Of a stretch of 64,000 bases of DNA, positions 51,596 through 61,626 are shown piece by piece. Both the position numbers and the translations under genes were made by a program. The notes under the pieces were generated by a model, which ran no database searches, was not told the DNA's origin, and saw only the letters and a list, made by a program, of their open reading frames with translations. How positions within the stretch are numbered: position 1 is the first letter of the stretch; the number at the start of each line of letters is the position of its first letter. The DNA lies in NCBI GenBank assembly GCA_050952625.1, contig JBMNLH010000002.1:64001-128000 (forward strand), given 5' to 3'. The DNA is from Bacillota bacterium. GTDB lineage: Bacteria; Bacillota; Ch66; Ch109.

Positions 51596-52045
51596 TCACC
51601 TTTCTAAAAGTGAGCGTACAATATCCGCTCGTGTAATTATGCCAACCAGTTTTTTATGTCTTAGAACCGGTACTCGATTTATTTTCTTTTTGACCATCAA
51701 AGTGGCAATTTCGCCTACCGGCGTGTCTTCCTGAACACTGATTACCTCCCGGGTCATCAGGTCTTCCACCTGAACCGCGGTGACTTTTCTTAATTCTTCC
51801 TCAAAACGATTAGGGTTTTCCAAATAAATAAAACCACCCAGCAGAGATAAAACTGGCGGGGTTTTTAGACTAATTTCCTTGGTTATTAGATCTCCCTCAG
51901 TAACAATTCCGATCACTTCATTATCTTTGGAAACTACCGGCACCCCGCTAATTCGGTGGTCCAACAGGACCTTAGCCACTTCAGGCACGGTCATGTTTGG
52001 GGAGACCGTAACCACCTGGCGAGTCATAATATCTCTTGCGAGCAA
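51596..52045 (-). CDS. CBS-domain pair protein
   Basis: Two CBS repeats (ISGVPVV..GIVTEGD; INRVPV..GIITRAD). Confidence 0.92.
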   Translation of the reverse strand: MLARDIMTRQVVTVSPNMTVPEVAKVLLDHRISGVPVVSKDNEVIGIVTEGDLITKEISLKTPPVLSLLGGFIYLENPNRFEEELRKVTAVQVEDLMTREVISVQEDTPVGEIATLMVKKKINRVPVLRHKKLVGIITRADIVRSLLER

Positions 52046-52095
52046 GGCATCCCCACCTCCTCTGGGTTATGTTCAGAGCAATGACACTAGGCTGA

Positions 52096-53715
52096 TTAAC
52101 GTTTTAGTCTGCCACCAATTGCTTTCAATCCTGGATTGACCGAAACCGGTAATTTCTCTGCTTCCTCTTCCCATTCCCTTAAAACCGCCGGCAGTTGTTT
52201 GATCAGGTCACCAGCAATCAAGCCGCGCATTCCCGTTTGCTGGCAGACTCGATCACCAGTCGCCCCATGGAGGTAAACTCCGAGTCCGGCTGCTTCCACA
52301 ATTGATAGTCCCTGAGCAATAAACCCGGCAATAATCCCGGTTAGCACATCACCAGTGCCGCCGGTAGCCATGCCCGGGTTACCGGTCGGATTAATAAAAA
52401 CTTGACCTTCCGGTGTCGCCACTATGGTTCTATTTCCTTTTAAAACTACAACCGCTTTCCATTCAATAGCTGCCTTTTGAGCTACCTCAAGCCGGTTTTC
52501 CTGAATTTCTTCTATCGTTACTCCCAGCAGCCGGGACATTTCTCCCGGGTGAGGAGTCAAAACCAGTCGATTTCGAGCCACCTTTAATATGGAAATATCC
52601 TCAGCCACCGCATTCAACCCATCAGCATCAATGACAACCGGTACGGAAACCATTTTTAACAGTTCTTGAATAAACTCTCTGGCTTCAGGATAACGAGACA
52701 TTCCCGGACCAACGGCCACCACCGATATCCGCTGAAACAGACTTTCAAGAGCCAATAAACTATCCAGTGCCAACGTCCGGGCCGCTGTCTCTGGTAAAGG
52801 CCGGCTCATTACCTCAGTCAGTTTGGTCTCGATAATCGGATTCAGAGATGCGGGAATTCCCACCGTCACTAAACCGGCTCCGCTGCGCAGAGCCGCTTCG
52901 CCGGCTAAAACGACCGCTCCAGTGAGGCCTTCTGATCCCCCCAGGACCAAAACATGTCCGTAATCACCTTTGTGTCCAGCAGCTTGACGTTTGCCTATTT
53001 TCTGCACGCACCACTGGCGATCCAGCAAAGTGCGAGAAAGGTTTTGCGCTTCAATCAGTCCTGGCGGGATTGAAATGTCCACCACTCTCAACTCCCCGAC
53101 AAATTCCGTCCCGGGTTCGATGACCAGGCCTACTTTAGGTAAACCTAAAGTCACTGTACAAATAGCTCGAATCGCTTCACCAGGTACCCGCCCGGTGTCG
53201 GCTTCCAAACCAGAAGGGACATCTAAGGCGATGACCGGTCGGCCTTGGCTATTGATCGAACGAATAACCTTGGCGATCAGTGGTGGGACTGAACCTTTAA
53301 AACCGGTCCCATAGATCGCGTCAACTACTAGATCTGTAGATAAAATAGCCACCCGCAGCGCATTCAGATCTTTATCATCCAGCAAAGGGAGAATCGGAAC
53401 CGGCAAATGGCGTAAAATATCCAAATTAACCCGAGCATCTCCCTTTATTTCTTCAGTGCGGGCCAATAACATGACTTTAACTTCCGCTCCGGCATTAGCC
53501 AGGTGCCGAGCGACGACCAGTCCATCTCCTCCATTATTCCCCTTACCCGCCAAAATTAGAACCCTACGGCCAATTAACCGATTGTCCAGGTAATGCGTAA
53601 TGACCCGGGTTACCTGAATACCAGCGTTCTCCATGAGGAGAAGCCCCGGTATCTGATACTCCGAAGAGGCGATGCCATCAATCACTCGCATCTCCTCAGC
53701 GGTTACCAGTCTCAT
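52096..53715 (-). CDS. nnr: Bifunctional NAD(P)H-hydrate epimerase/dehydratase
   Basis: LMENAG, GKGNNGGDG, DVPSG, HKGDYG, DADG, TPHPGE, ATGGTGDVL. Confidence 0.95.
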   Translation of the reverse strand: MRLVTAEEMRVIDGIASSEYQIPGLLLMENAGIQVTRVITHYLDNRLIGRRVLILAGKGNNGGDGLVVARHLANAGAEVKVMLLARTEEIKGDARVNLDILRHLPVPILPLLDDKDLNALRVAILSTDLVVDAIYGTGFKGSVPPLIAKVIRSINSQGRPVIALDVPSGLEADTGRVPGEAIRAICTVTLGLPKVGLVIEPGTEFVGELRVVDISIPPGLIEAQNLSRTLLDRQWCVQKIGKRQAAGHKGDYGHVLVLGGSEGLTGAVVLAGEAALRSGAGLVTVGIPASLNPIIETKLTEVMSRPLPETAARTLALDSLLALESLFQRISVVAVGPGMSRYPEAREFIQELLKMVSVPVVIDADGLNAVAEDISILKVARNRLVLTPHPGEMSRLLGVTIEEIQENRLEVAQKAAIEWKAVVVLKGNRTIVATPEGQVFINPTGNPGMATGGTGDVLTGIIAGFIAQGLSIVEAAGLGVYLHGATGDRVCQQTGMRGLIAGDLIKQLPAVLREWEEEAEKLPVSVNPGLKAIGGRLKR

Positions 53716-54110
53716 CCCCCCACCCCCACTTGCGACAGGCTAATTCCCATGGCGATCGCCACTGCTGCTGCATACTGCCGGCTATGGGTAAGACTGACCT
53801 TTATTTCTTGTACGCCGATTTCAACTGCCTTTTGTGCAGCCTGACCGGTTAAGTGTATTTCCGGTCCTCCGGCCGGACCGGAAACAACTTCAACTGATGA
53901 CCAACCGAGCTCGCAACCAGATCCCAAGGCTTTAAAAACCGCCTCTTTGGCGGCAAACCTGGCCGCAAATGAGGCAGCTGGTACCGGTTTGCTCAGACAT
54001 TCGCTAATCTCTTGGTTAGTGAAAAGACGTTGCTGAAACCGCGCAGTTCTGGCTAGGGCCTTTTCCACTCGTTCAATTTCGATAATATCGATCCCTATTC
54101 CCATAACCAT
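53712..54110 (-). CDS. acpS: Holo-[acyl-carrier-protein] synthase
   Basis: GIGIDIIEIER, ARFAAKEAVFKALG, SLTH. Start set to ATG 54110. Confidence 0.95.
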   Translation of the reverse strand: MVMGIGIDIIEIERVEKALARTARFQQRLFTNQEISECLSKPVPAASFAARFAAKEAVFKALGSGCELGWSSVEVVSGPAGGPEIHLTGQAAQKAVEIGVQEIKVSLTHSRQYAAAVAIAMGISLSQVGVGG

Positions 54111-54279
54111 CGCTTGATACCTCTTTGAAGCTATTATGCCCTTTATTGACTTCTCCAAAAAACAGAAAAAACCTGCTGCCTGTCAAAGACGAGAATGGGT
54201 ATTTTCTACCAGTAAAACAACGGGCGCGACTGATAATCACAGTCCCGCCAAATTAGCCTAATCACAATATATTATAAAT

Positions 54280-54759
54280 TTATCCCGGTAAGACCACATT
54301 ATCCAGTTGCCTGGTCTCCTGTTCAGTTAAGATTTTCTGTAGATCAAGAAGGACCAGGAGGCGGTCGCCTAGTTTACCGACACCCCGCAGATATTCTGCC
54401 GTTATTCCGCCAATTATGGTAGGCGGCGGTTCAATGTCACTTAATGAAAGACGCAGCACCTCATTTACCTCATCAACAATAATTCCCAACGTATGGCCAT
54501 TAATATCTATCACAATAATTCTCGTATTATCTGTATAGTCTTCCACTTCCATATCAAATCGTTTCTTAAGGTCAATCACTGAAATAACCTTACCCCGAAG
54601 ATTAATAACCCCTTCCATAAAACTTGGCGACTTAGGCAGTTTTGTCGGCTGAGTAAATCTAATAATTTCCTGGACTTGGGTTATCGGCACTCCGTATTCG
54701 CTATGATTGCTACCATTCATTAAAGTGAAAACGACTAATTGAATTTCGTGTGTACTCAT
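54280..54759 (-). CDS. cheW: Chemotaxis coupling protein CheW (stand-alone)
   Basis: QLVVF.L, YG..I..VQEI, GVINLRG.VI.VIDL, GIIVD.V.EV. Confidence 0.93.
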   Translation of the reverse strand: MSTHEIQLVVFTLMNGSNHSEYGVPITQVQEIIRFTQPTKLPKSPSFMEGVINLRGKVISVIDLKKRFDMEVEDYTDNTRIIVIDINGHTLGIIVDEVNEVLRLSLSDIEPPPTIIGGITAEYLRGVGKLGDRLLVLLDLQKILTEQETRQLDNVVLPG

Positions 54760-55364
54760 TCATAGCACCTCATTTCTAAAGTAACCGCCGGCACCGCTAG
54801 GCAGCACTCTCATAAAGGCAAAGAAACCGGCGCAGTGTTTAAACATACCTAAGATAGTACATTCTACGCGTAGAAATATTTTCCTGCTTTTGTCGAAAAC
54901 CATTTTTTCATTCTCCTTATTTTGATCGGTTATTTGTTCTATTGAATCAATTCCTGTGTTATAATATTACCAGTCATTGTTAATTAGTCCCAGCAATTCA
55001 TCCACCTCAAAAAATCAGGTGTCAATGACGTATTAATTTAGTATAATCAAACTGGACATTAGGCGCGCAAAATTTTCACTAAATAACAAAAACTTACTAA
55101 CCGCCCATGCCTGTAGGCACAACCACCAATGAAAATAACCCAAACAACAATAAACGCGTTATATACTCGCTAACTGATTCGCTACGCAATAACTAAATAT
55201 CTTATCAGCCAATTCTTATCTTATTACTTTTTAGCAAGTTATTACGTTATACTTTTGAACAACGTGTTAATGACTAAAGCACTGATTTAGATACAAACCT
55301 ACTAGGCATTACTGTACCAATTCGTTGGAATGCTAATGATTGGTTAAATTAAGGAGGGATATTT

Positions 55365-56096
55365 ATTAAGTATCAAGTTTTAGGGACAACCATGCAGTGT
55401 TTAAACGTTGATCTTGAACCGGGCGAACAGCTCTATACTGAATCTGGAGCAATGGCCTGGATGAGCAGCAACATTAAAATGGATACTAACTTTAAAGGCG
55501 GTTTATTAAAATCGTTTGCGAGGGCAATTACGGGCGAATCCCTTACGTTTACCTTTTATGAAGCTACCGGATCAGCTGGAAACATTGGCTTTGTTACTGC
55601 TGCCCCTGGGAAAATCCTACCCATAATGGTTCAACCAGGAACCGAATATATCTGTCAAAAGGGATCCTTTTTGTGTGCCCAACCTTCTGTGGAAATGAGC
55701 ATCCATTTCAATCGCAAACTAGGAGCTGGCTTTTTTGGCGGCGAAGGTTTTATTCTGCAAAAATTAAAAGGACAAGGAATGGCTTTTGTCGAGATTGACG
55801 GTGAGGTTTTAGAGAAGCAATTAGCCCCGGGGGAAACGATCCTGGTCGATACCGGTCATGTTGCAATGTTTGAGGCAACTGTTTCGATGGATATCCAGAT
55901 GGTTAAAGGCGTGAAGAATGTTATCTTCGGGGGAGAGGGACTTTTCCTCACAACCCTGCGTGGTCCTGGGCGAGTCTGGGTGCAGACCTTAACCTTGGCG
56001 GGACTGGCTGGTCGCTTGCGTCCTTTTTTAGCCTCCAAGAAAAGCAGTAGTGACGGCGGAATGCTTAATTCTGTTTCTGATTTATTTAACGATTAA
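55365..56096 (+). CDS. AIM24/TIGR00266-family protein
   Basis: ESGAMAWMS, GFFGGEGFILQKL.G.G, VDTGHV, FGGEGLF...L.GPG.VW.Q. RBS position favours an ATT start at 55365 over ATG 55392. Confidence 0.88.
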   Translation: MKYQVLGTTMQCLNVDLEPGEQLYTESGAMAWMSSNIKMDTNFKGGLLKSFARAITGESLTFTFYEATGSAGNIGFVTAAPGKILPIMVQPGTEYICQKGSFLCAQPSVEMSIHFNRKLGAGFFGGEGFILQKLKGQGMAFVEIDGEVLEKQLAPGETILVDTGHVAMFEATVSMDIQMVKGVKNVIFGGEGLFLTTLRGPGRVWVQTLTLAGLAGRLRPFLASKKSSSDGGMLNSVSDLFND

Positions 56097-56299
56097 GGTT
56101 TCAAATGGAACTTACCTAAACGAAACTTACATAAATCATCCTCTAAATCAAAAATAAATCAATAACAGAGCAGGGCTGTTTTCCGCTTTTTCAGTATCGG
56201 AAAGATCTTACTGTCAAATACTATGCTTAATCATTGCTGTAATTAAGGACAAACTTAAGCGACGGTTGCTCTACCTTCAAAAGGAAAGGAGACCTAAAG

Positions 56300-57547
56300 T
56301 TGGAAGGCTTGCTCTTTTATGTGTTAACTGCCTTAGTGAACACCGCTGAAGTAATAATATTTTTTATCCTGGCGTATTATTATTTTGTTTCTATTTTTGG
56401 TTGGCAAAAAATTGAAGAAAAAAAGGATCTTACCCCCTCTAAAAAATTCGCTTTAATTACTGCCGCTCATAATGAAGAAGCGGTGATTAAATATCACATC
56501 GAAAGCCTCAAGAGATTAAATTATCCGAAAGAATTGTATGATATTTATATAATTGCCGACAACTGTACTGACACCACGGCCGAAATAGCCCGAAATGAGG
56601 GAGTTAATGTTTACGAACGTTTCTCTCCCCAAAGAGGCAAAGGTTTTGCACTCGAATGGATGTTCAACGAGCTGTTTAAGCTGGAAGATAAAGAATACGA
56701 TGCAATCTGCATGTTTGACGCAGATAATCTAGTGTCTTCCAACTTTCTGTTAGAAATGAACGCTAAGTTAAAGCAGGGATTCAAGTCCATTCAGGGTTAT
56801 CTTGATACGAAGAATCCCAACGACTCCTGGGTTACTGCCTGTTACGCCACCGCCTATTGGTCGATGAATCGGATGTGGCAGTTAGCTCGTTATAACTTGG
56901 GGCTCTCCAATGCTTTGGGCGGCACTGGCCTTTGCCTGGATATCCAGGTGCTTAAGCAATACGGCTGGGGAGCACATTGTTTGACTGAAGATCTGGAGTT
57001 TACCATGAAACTCCTGCTCAATGGGATTAAGACCGCCTGGTGCCATGATTGCAAGGTTTATGACGAAAAACCGGTCCACTTTTCCCAAACCTGGCGGCAA
57101 CGGACCCGCTGGTTGCAAGGACATTGGGATGTCGCTTTTCGCTACATGATTCCGCTGATCAAAAAAGGAATTACCGAACGTAAGTGGTACCCAATTGATG
57201 GGGCAATTTACCTGTTTCAACCCGTTTTAATTATGACCATGCTGTTTACTTTTATCATGACCCTGATTGCTTCCTTCTTCCCGGAACCAATTTACGCCAC
57301 TCCAATTACTAATTTATTGCCGGGTTGGTTCTGGCTGATGTTTGGAATTCTTGGTTATACTTATCCAATGATTGGTCTATACCTAGAGGGCGCGCCCAAA
57401 AAAGCATACTATTACTACATTACTTACCCGATTTACGGCTTAACCTGGTTTCCAGTTACTCTGGTTGGTCTATTTAAACACGGTAACCAGACCGAATGGG
57501 CCCATACTCGGCATACTCGCGGAATCTCCATCTCTACTCTGGAGTAA
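56300..57547 (+). CDS. Membrane glycosyltransferase family 2 (processive type)
   Basis: AHNEE, ADNCTD, FDAD, LTEDLE, QRTRW motifs with N- and C-terminal TM helices. Confidence 0.92.
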   Translation: MEGLLFYVLTALVNTAEVIIFFILAYYYFVSIFGWQKIEEKKDLTPSKKFALITAAHNEEAVIKYHIESLKRLNYPKELYDIYIIADNCTDTTAEIARNEGVNVYERFSPQRGKGFALEWMFNELFKLEDKEYDAICMFDADNLVSSNFLLEMNAKLKQGFKSIQGYLDTKNPNDSWVTACYATAYWSMNRMWQLARYNLGLSNALGGTGLCLDIQVLKQYGWGAHCLTEDLEFTMKLLLNGIKTAWCHDCKVYDEKPVHFSQTWRQRTRWLQGHWDVAFRYMIPLIKKGITERKWYPIDGAIYLFQPVLIMTMLFTFIMTLIASFFPEPIYATPITNLLPGWFWLMFGILGYTYPMIGLYLEGAPKKAYYYYITYPIYGLTWFPVTLVGLFKHGNQTEWAHTRHTRGISISTLE

Positions 57548-57597
57548 TTCGTTCAGCCGGGTTGATGCAAAAGCGTTAATAAAGTCTTCAAAAAGTC

Positions 57598-57633
57598 TTC
57601 AAAACCCTCACTGTTAGAAGTGGGGGTTTTGAA
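57598..57633. terminator. Bidirectional terminator
   Basis: TTCAAAACCCTCACT...AGTGGGGGTTTTGAA between convergent genes. Confidence 0.8.
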
Positions 57634-57651
57634 CGTGGTCCGGCTGCGTTT

Positions 57652-59241
57652 TCACCGGTTATTTAGGTTATTTAGATTATTAATTGTATCCGATTCCCAT
57701 ATCTGGTATTTAACAAAAAGATTATACACCCTTTCATCAAGCTTACCGTCCTTAACCATAAAACCCATTATCCGCAATGCCTGATCAACCGGCAGGGCCT
57801 TCTTATAAGGGCGATCACTGGCCGTTAAGGCATCAAAGACATCTACCAGGGCTAAAATGCGGGCCTCAAGGGGAATTTTGTCACCCTTAATTCCTTGCGG
57901 ATACCCTTTTCCATCTAAATGTTCATGGTGCATGCGGGCAAACACCGGCACTTCCTGAAACTTTTTAATGAAAGGGATATTCTCCAGAAGCCGAGCCGTA
58001 ATTTCCACGTGTTCTTCCATGATCTGACGTTCTTCTGATGTTAACGTGCCGGTGCGAACGATCAGATTGTTTAACTCCACTGCCGTCAAATAAGGTTTCG
58101 GCTGACCCGCTGGATCTAGATAAGTTTTAGACGCTATTTCCCTTAATTGATTAGCGATTACTTCATCTACCAATGTACCGGGGTCATTAACCCGTAAAAT
58201 AATTTCCCGATGTGCTTCAAGCTGCCGCCGCCTTTCCTGCAACTGAAAAACTTCTTCCCTGGCCTGCTTTTCCTGGCCGGTCTGCCACAACTCGAGTTGC
58301 CGCTGCAGGGAAATTGTTTCTTCTGTCCGCCAAATGTAATCAAATCTCTGGAGTAACAACTCCAGACCATCACCGAGCCGAGTCGCTTTATTCATTACCG
58401 ATAATGGGGTAGCTATTTTGCCAATATCATGCAGCCAACCAGCCATGGTCAACTGATCTAACCGTTCCTGAGTAAACACTATCTCTCTCCAGGGTTCCTC
58501 CTCTTCCTGATTGATTCTTTCCCCGATTGCCCGGGCGAGCAGAGCAACTCGACGGGAATGGTTGGCATTATAGGGAGTACGAGAATCAATTGCCGCGGCC
58601 ATCACTTTGACAAAAGAGTTAAACAGTTCCTCAATATCCCGCAGCAGCTGGGTATTGGTGATGGCTACACCGGCCTGGGAGGCCAGAGATTCAATAACCT
58701 TTTGATAGTATGGGGCAAAAGAAATAACCTCCTGATTGGCCGGGTCCTGAGCGTTAATTAACTGCAGAACGCCTAGTATATCACCCTCCTGGTTTTTAAT
58801 CGGCACAACCAACATTGATCGGGTGCGATAACCAGTCATTTGATCGTAGTGGCGCGGACCGGTAAAATCAAACGCTTCTGTCTGGTAAACATCGCTGATG
58901 TTGACACTACAGCCGGTCAGGGCAACATAACCGGAAACATTTTCTTTTTTAATTGGGACTGGCGGGAGGTTTAGCAGTTCACCGTCACCACCTTGTCTAA
59001 TTTTCAGGGTTTGGTTTTGACTAATCCGGAAATACAAGACATCCTGTTGTTTTAAGTAAAGGGTCCCGGCGTCAGCGTTAGTAATCCGACGCGCTTCGGT
59101 CACAATCATTTCCAGCAACCGGTTTAGATCCTTTTCTGCTGATAGGGCGATACCTATATTCAGTAAATTCTCTATTTCAGCAAACGTATTTTCTTGCCTA
59201 TTGCCAGGTTCCATTGCTATCTGAAGACCATGTTTCATCAA
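57652..59241 (-). CDS. GAF + HD-GYP phosphodiesterase (probable cyclic dinucleotide PDE)
   Basis: GAF (D..TGYRTRSMLVVP, GVLQLIN); LHDIGK; HHEHLDGKGYP; DVFDALT..RPYK. Confidence 0.92.
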   Translation of the reverse strand: MMKHGLQIAMEPGNRQENTFAEIENLLNIGIALSAEKDLNRLLEMIVTEARRITNADAGTLYLKQQDVLYFRISQNQTLKIRQGGDGELLNLPPVPIKKENVSGYVALTGCSVNISDVYQTEAFDFTGPRHYDQMTGYRTRSMLVVPIKNQEGDILGVLQLINAQDPANQEVISFAPYYQKVIESLASQAGVAITNTQLLRDIEELFNSFVKVMAAAIDSRTPYNANHSRRVALLARAIGERINQEEEEPWREIVFTQERLDQLTMAGWLHDIGKIATPLSVMNKATRLGDGLELLLQRFDYIWRTEETISLQRQLELWQTGQEKQAREEVFQLQERRRQLEAHREIILRVNDPGTLVDEVIANQLREIASKTYLDPAGQPKPYLTAVELNNLIVRTGTLTSEERQIMEEHVEITARLLENIPFIKKFQEVPVFARMHHEHLDGKGYPQGIKGDKIPLEARILALVDVFDALTASDRPYKKALPVDQALRIMGFMVKDGKLDERVYNLFVKYQIWESDTINNLNNLNNR

Positions 59242-59440
59242 TATTCCGCGTCTCCTTTTGGCCTTGGCCTTGATGAAATATTAGATACTAGTTTGTTGAG
59301 TACATTTCGACACTGTCCCGGGAAACTCCTTCCAGCGAAAGCAAAGACTTTGTTGCAATCATCGCCCAGCAAAGCCAACAATAAAAAAATCCCCCCCATG
59401 GCGAGGAGGATGATACTGAGCGGCTTGTTTCCGCCAGGTA

Positions 59441-59566
59441 CTACTCGTTGGCGATAAAAAAGCCACCTTTGAAAAAGAAAAAGCAGAAGATAACAATGAC
59501 TAACACCCAGATCCAGGTGTTGGAGCCACCAAAAAATTCCACCAAAGCGTCTCCCTTATGGTCCAT
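59441..59566 (-). CDS. Small single-TM peptide (41 aa)
   Basis: Manual translation MDHKGDALVEFFGGSNTWIWVLVIVIFCFFFFKGGFFIANE; AGGGGGG RBS. Confidence 0.6.
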   Translation of the reverse strand: MDHKGDALVEFFGGSNTWIWVLVIVIFCFFFFKGGFFIANE

Positions 59567-59702
59567 TACTTGATCCCCCCTAATATGTTAGAATTGTTCC
59601 TACGCGATACCATCATATTCAGCAGAGGGATAAAGGGTGAACAAAAAATGGTCTACATTATTTATATTTTGAACACAAACCGGCAATTCGAACATCCCGA
59701 AC

Positions 59703-60869
59703 TTATTTCTTCCAGACGTAAATTTTTTCGTAGAAATTTCCGGCCCGACGTCCGGTTCGCCGGTTAACCTGTCGAACTAGAACTGCCTCAGTTTTTAACC
59801 CTAACCGCCGTCCAATCCCTGGATATAGCTCATACCGATCATGAACTACAACCACTATCGTTCCCCCCCGGACTACTTTCTGGTAGAGATTATCGAAAAC
59901 AGCGGTCATATCCTCTACATACGACTGCCGGGCAGCTTTCCCTTTTCCCCGGTAAGCCGGCCCTATTTCTTGAACACTCCGATCCGGCAAACCAAGCAGT
60001 TCATAAGCGTAACGGTGCTGTTCATGATAATCAATTAAACCAACGTAGGGTGGAGAGGTCATCACCAAATCACACTCCGGGAACTTGATCTGCCGAGCAT
60101 CACCGCAAGTCACAACGACAGTTGAATTTTTTCTGATACTGGAATAGGCCTTAATTCTTTGAATAGTATCCAACGTATATTTTTTCAAAAAGCTTAGCGC
60201 TCGTTCGGTCGGTTTACAGATCCGTTTGTGCTTCCGGCAATAATAAGGTTCAGTTACTGGTGCCTCGGGAAAATCTAAATCATAGTGCGCCGCCAGTCGA
60301 GCGGACCGGGCTGCTCGAGACAGGATAATTTTCATAACCGAGGCATATTCGAACCGGTTAATCTGTTCCCGATAAGCGAATAACTCCTTCAGTGACCTGG
60401 CCGAATACCAGTTGGTTAAATACTCGGAAGGCCAATTAAGCTTAAGGTCAGCGTTGGATTCCAGCAGTGCTTCAGCCCCCTGATAAGCCTCCGTCAAAGC
60501 TGCTTCTAGTGAACCTAAGTCATATTGGCCGGTCTTAACTTGACTTAATAAGCAGTTGAATTCGGAAATATCCACGCCAAAACAATCCAGACCTAATACC
60601 GAAGCCTCCACCAACGTCGTGCCTGACCCACAAAATGGATCAATGACCCGCTCCCGGGCATACTTACGTAAAAAGATCTCGACCAATTGAGGGATATACT
60701 TGCCTAAATAGGGATGTAAACGATGAACATGCTTGGTTCTTTCTCGTTCAGGCAAATCAGATTCACGCCAGTTCAGGTTAAGCCGCCTAATATCCGTTTC
60801 GTGGTTAACGGCAGAAAAATCAATAAATGCTTGGTCCGATTCCGTCAGAACTTCCTTCAACTCAAACAT
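59703..60869 (-). CDS. Orphan amino-DNA methyltransferase (probably N4-cytosine)
   Basis: H.LHPY.GKYIPQ, SAM motif DPFCGSGTT, catalytic TSPPY; no endonuclease adjacent. Confidence 0.88.
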   Translation of the reverse strand: MFELKEVLTESDQAFIDFSAVNHETDIRRLNLNWRESDLPERERTKHVHRLHPYLGKYIPQLVEIFLRKYARERVIDPFCGSGTTLVEASVLGLDCFGVDISEFNCLLSQVKTGQYDLGSLEAALTEAYQGAEALLESNADLKLNWPSEYLTNWYSARSLKELFAYREQINRFEYASVMKIILSRAARSARLAAHYDLDFPEAPVTEPYYCRKHKRICKPTERALSFLKKYTLDTIQRIKAYSSIRKNSTVVVTCGDARQIKFPECDLVMTSPPYVGLIDYHEQHRYAYELLGLPDRSVQEIGPAYRGKGKAARQSYVEDMTAVFDNLYQKVVRGGTIVVVVHDRYELYPGIGRRLGLKTEAVLVRQVNRRTGRRAGNFYEKIYVWKK

Positions 60870-61125
60870 TGTTAAGTTTTACTCCGCCTTTCATAATAAG
60901 CATTTACTAAATCAAATTATCTCGAGCTTTTATTCTACTCCGTTGCTCAATATCCTTCCAAGGTTTTGCAACGGAATATGAAAAACTGATCATGCGATGA
61001 GCGAAACACAACTAAATCAAGCAAACCGTGTCTTCTAACAAACAAAAAACGGTATCAAAGATACCGCCGGCTGAAAAGTGTTATTTCTTCCAATCATATC
61101 TAAAATTTAATCGATTACCCAAAAA

Positions 61126-61209
61126 TCAGGAGGTTATCCGGCCTAAAAAGAATAAAGCTAGCAGGAGAGTTCCGAGCAGACCAAAAGTTGCTGATGTATG
61201 GTTCACCAT
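61126..61209 (-). CDS. Candidate small hydrophobic peptide (27 aa)
   Basis: MVNHTSATFGLLGTLLLALFFLGRITS preceded by AAAGGGGTGGAG. Confidence 0.45.
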   Translation of the reverse strand: MVNHTSATFGLLGTLLLALFFLGRITS

Positions 61210-61395
61210 CTCCACCCCTTTCATGAAATTTAGGCCTGAGTTAAACTACAACCTAAGGGCTGGTTTTTAGTATATTGTATTATGTTATGTATTTCGTGAT
61301 CACTATCGCAAATTCCTGCTAAAGCCGGTACTTTTTTTAAAAAAAACTAGACAATTTCAAAACGCGTAAACCAAGGGACAAAACTGAATTTGACA

Positions 61396-61427
61396 GACAA
61401 CCCTGGACAAAGTCGTCCAGGGTTGTC
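61396..61427. terminator. Strong hairpin / probable terminator
   Basis: GACAACCCTGGAC-aaagtc-GTCCAGGGTTGTC, 13-bp perfect stem. Confidence 0.65.
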
Positions 61428-61446
61428 AAAAAGATTTTTTTTTGCT

Positions 61447-61539
61447 GCTTGTGTTTTTACTCGTTCGCAGGCTAGACTGGGAACAAGAGCGAGTGATTTA
61501 AGTCGCCAATCACTGACCTTAGATACAACACGACGCGAT
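61447..61539 (-). repeat. Family A hairpin element, degenerate copy
   Basis: Reverse complement CGCGTCGTGTTG...AGGTCAGTGATTGGCGAC...GTTCCCAGTCTAGCCTGCGAACGAGTAAAAACACAAGC. Confidence 0.8.
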
Positions 61540-61626
61540 TTTAATTCTTCTTGATTGGGGTGCTAGATTAGCGGCATAAACGTCTCCTCTGTGTTGCAAC
61601 AGACGCAATCTTCGCTGAATTCAGGT

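Noticed and set aside
54760-54860. c-di-GMP riboswitch upstream of cheW
   Set aside because: A GC-rich stem exists, but the GGCAAA-like text is on the wrong strand and the class I consensus is not met.
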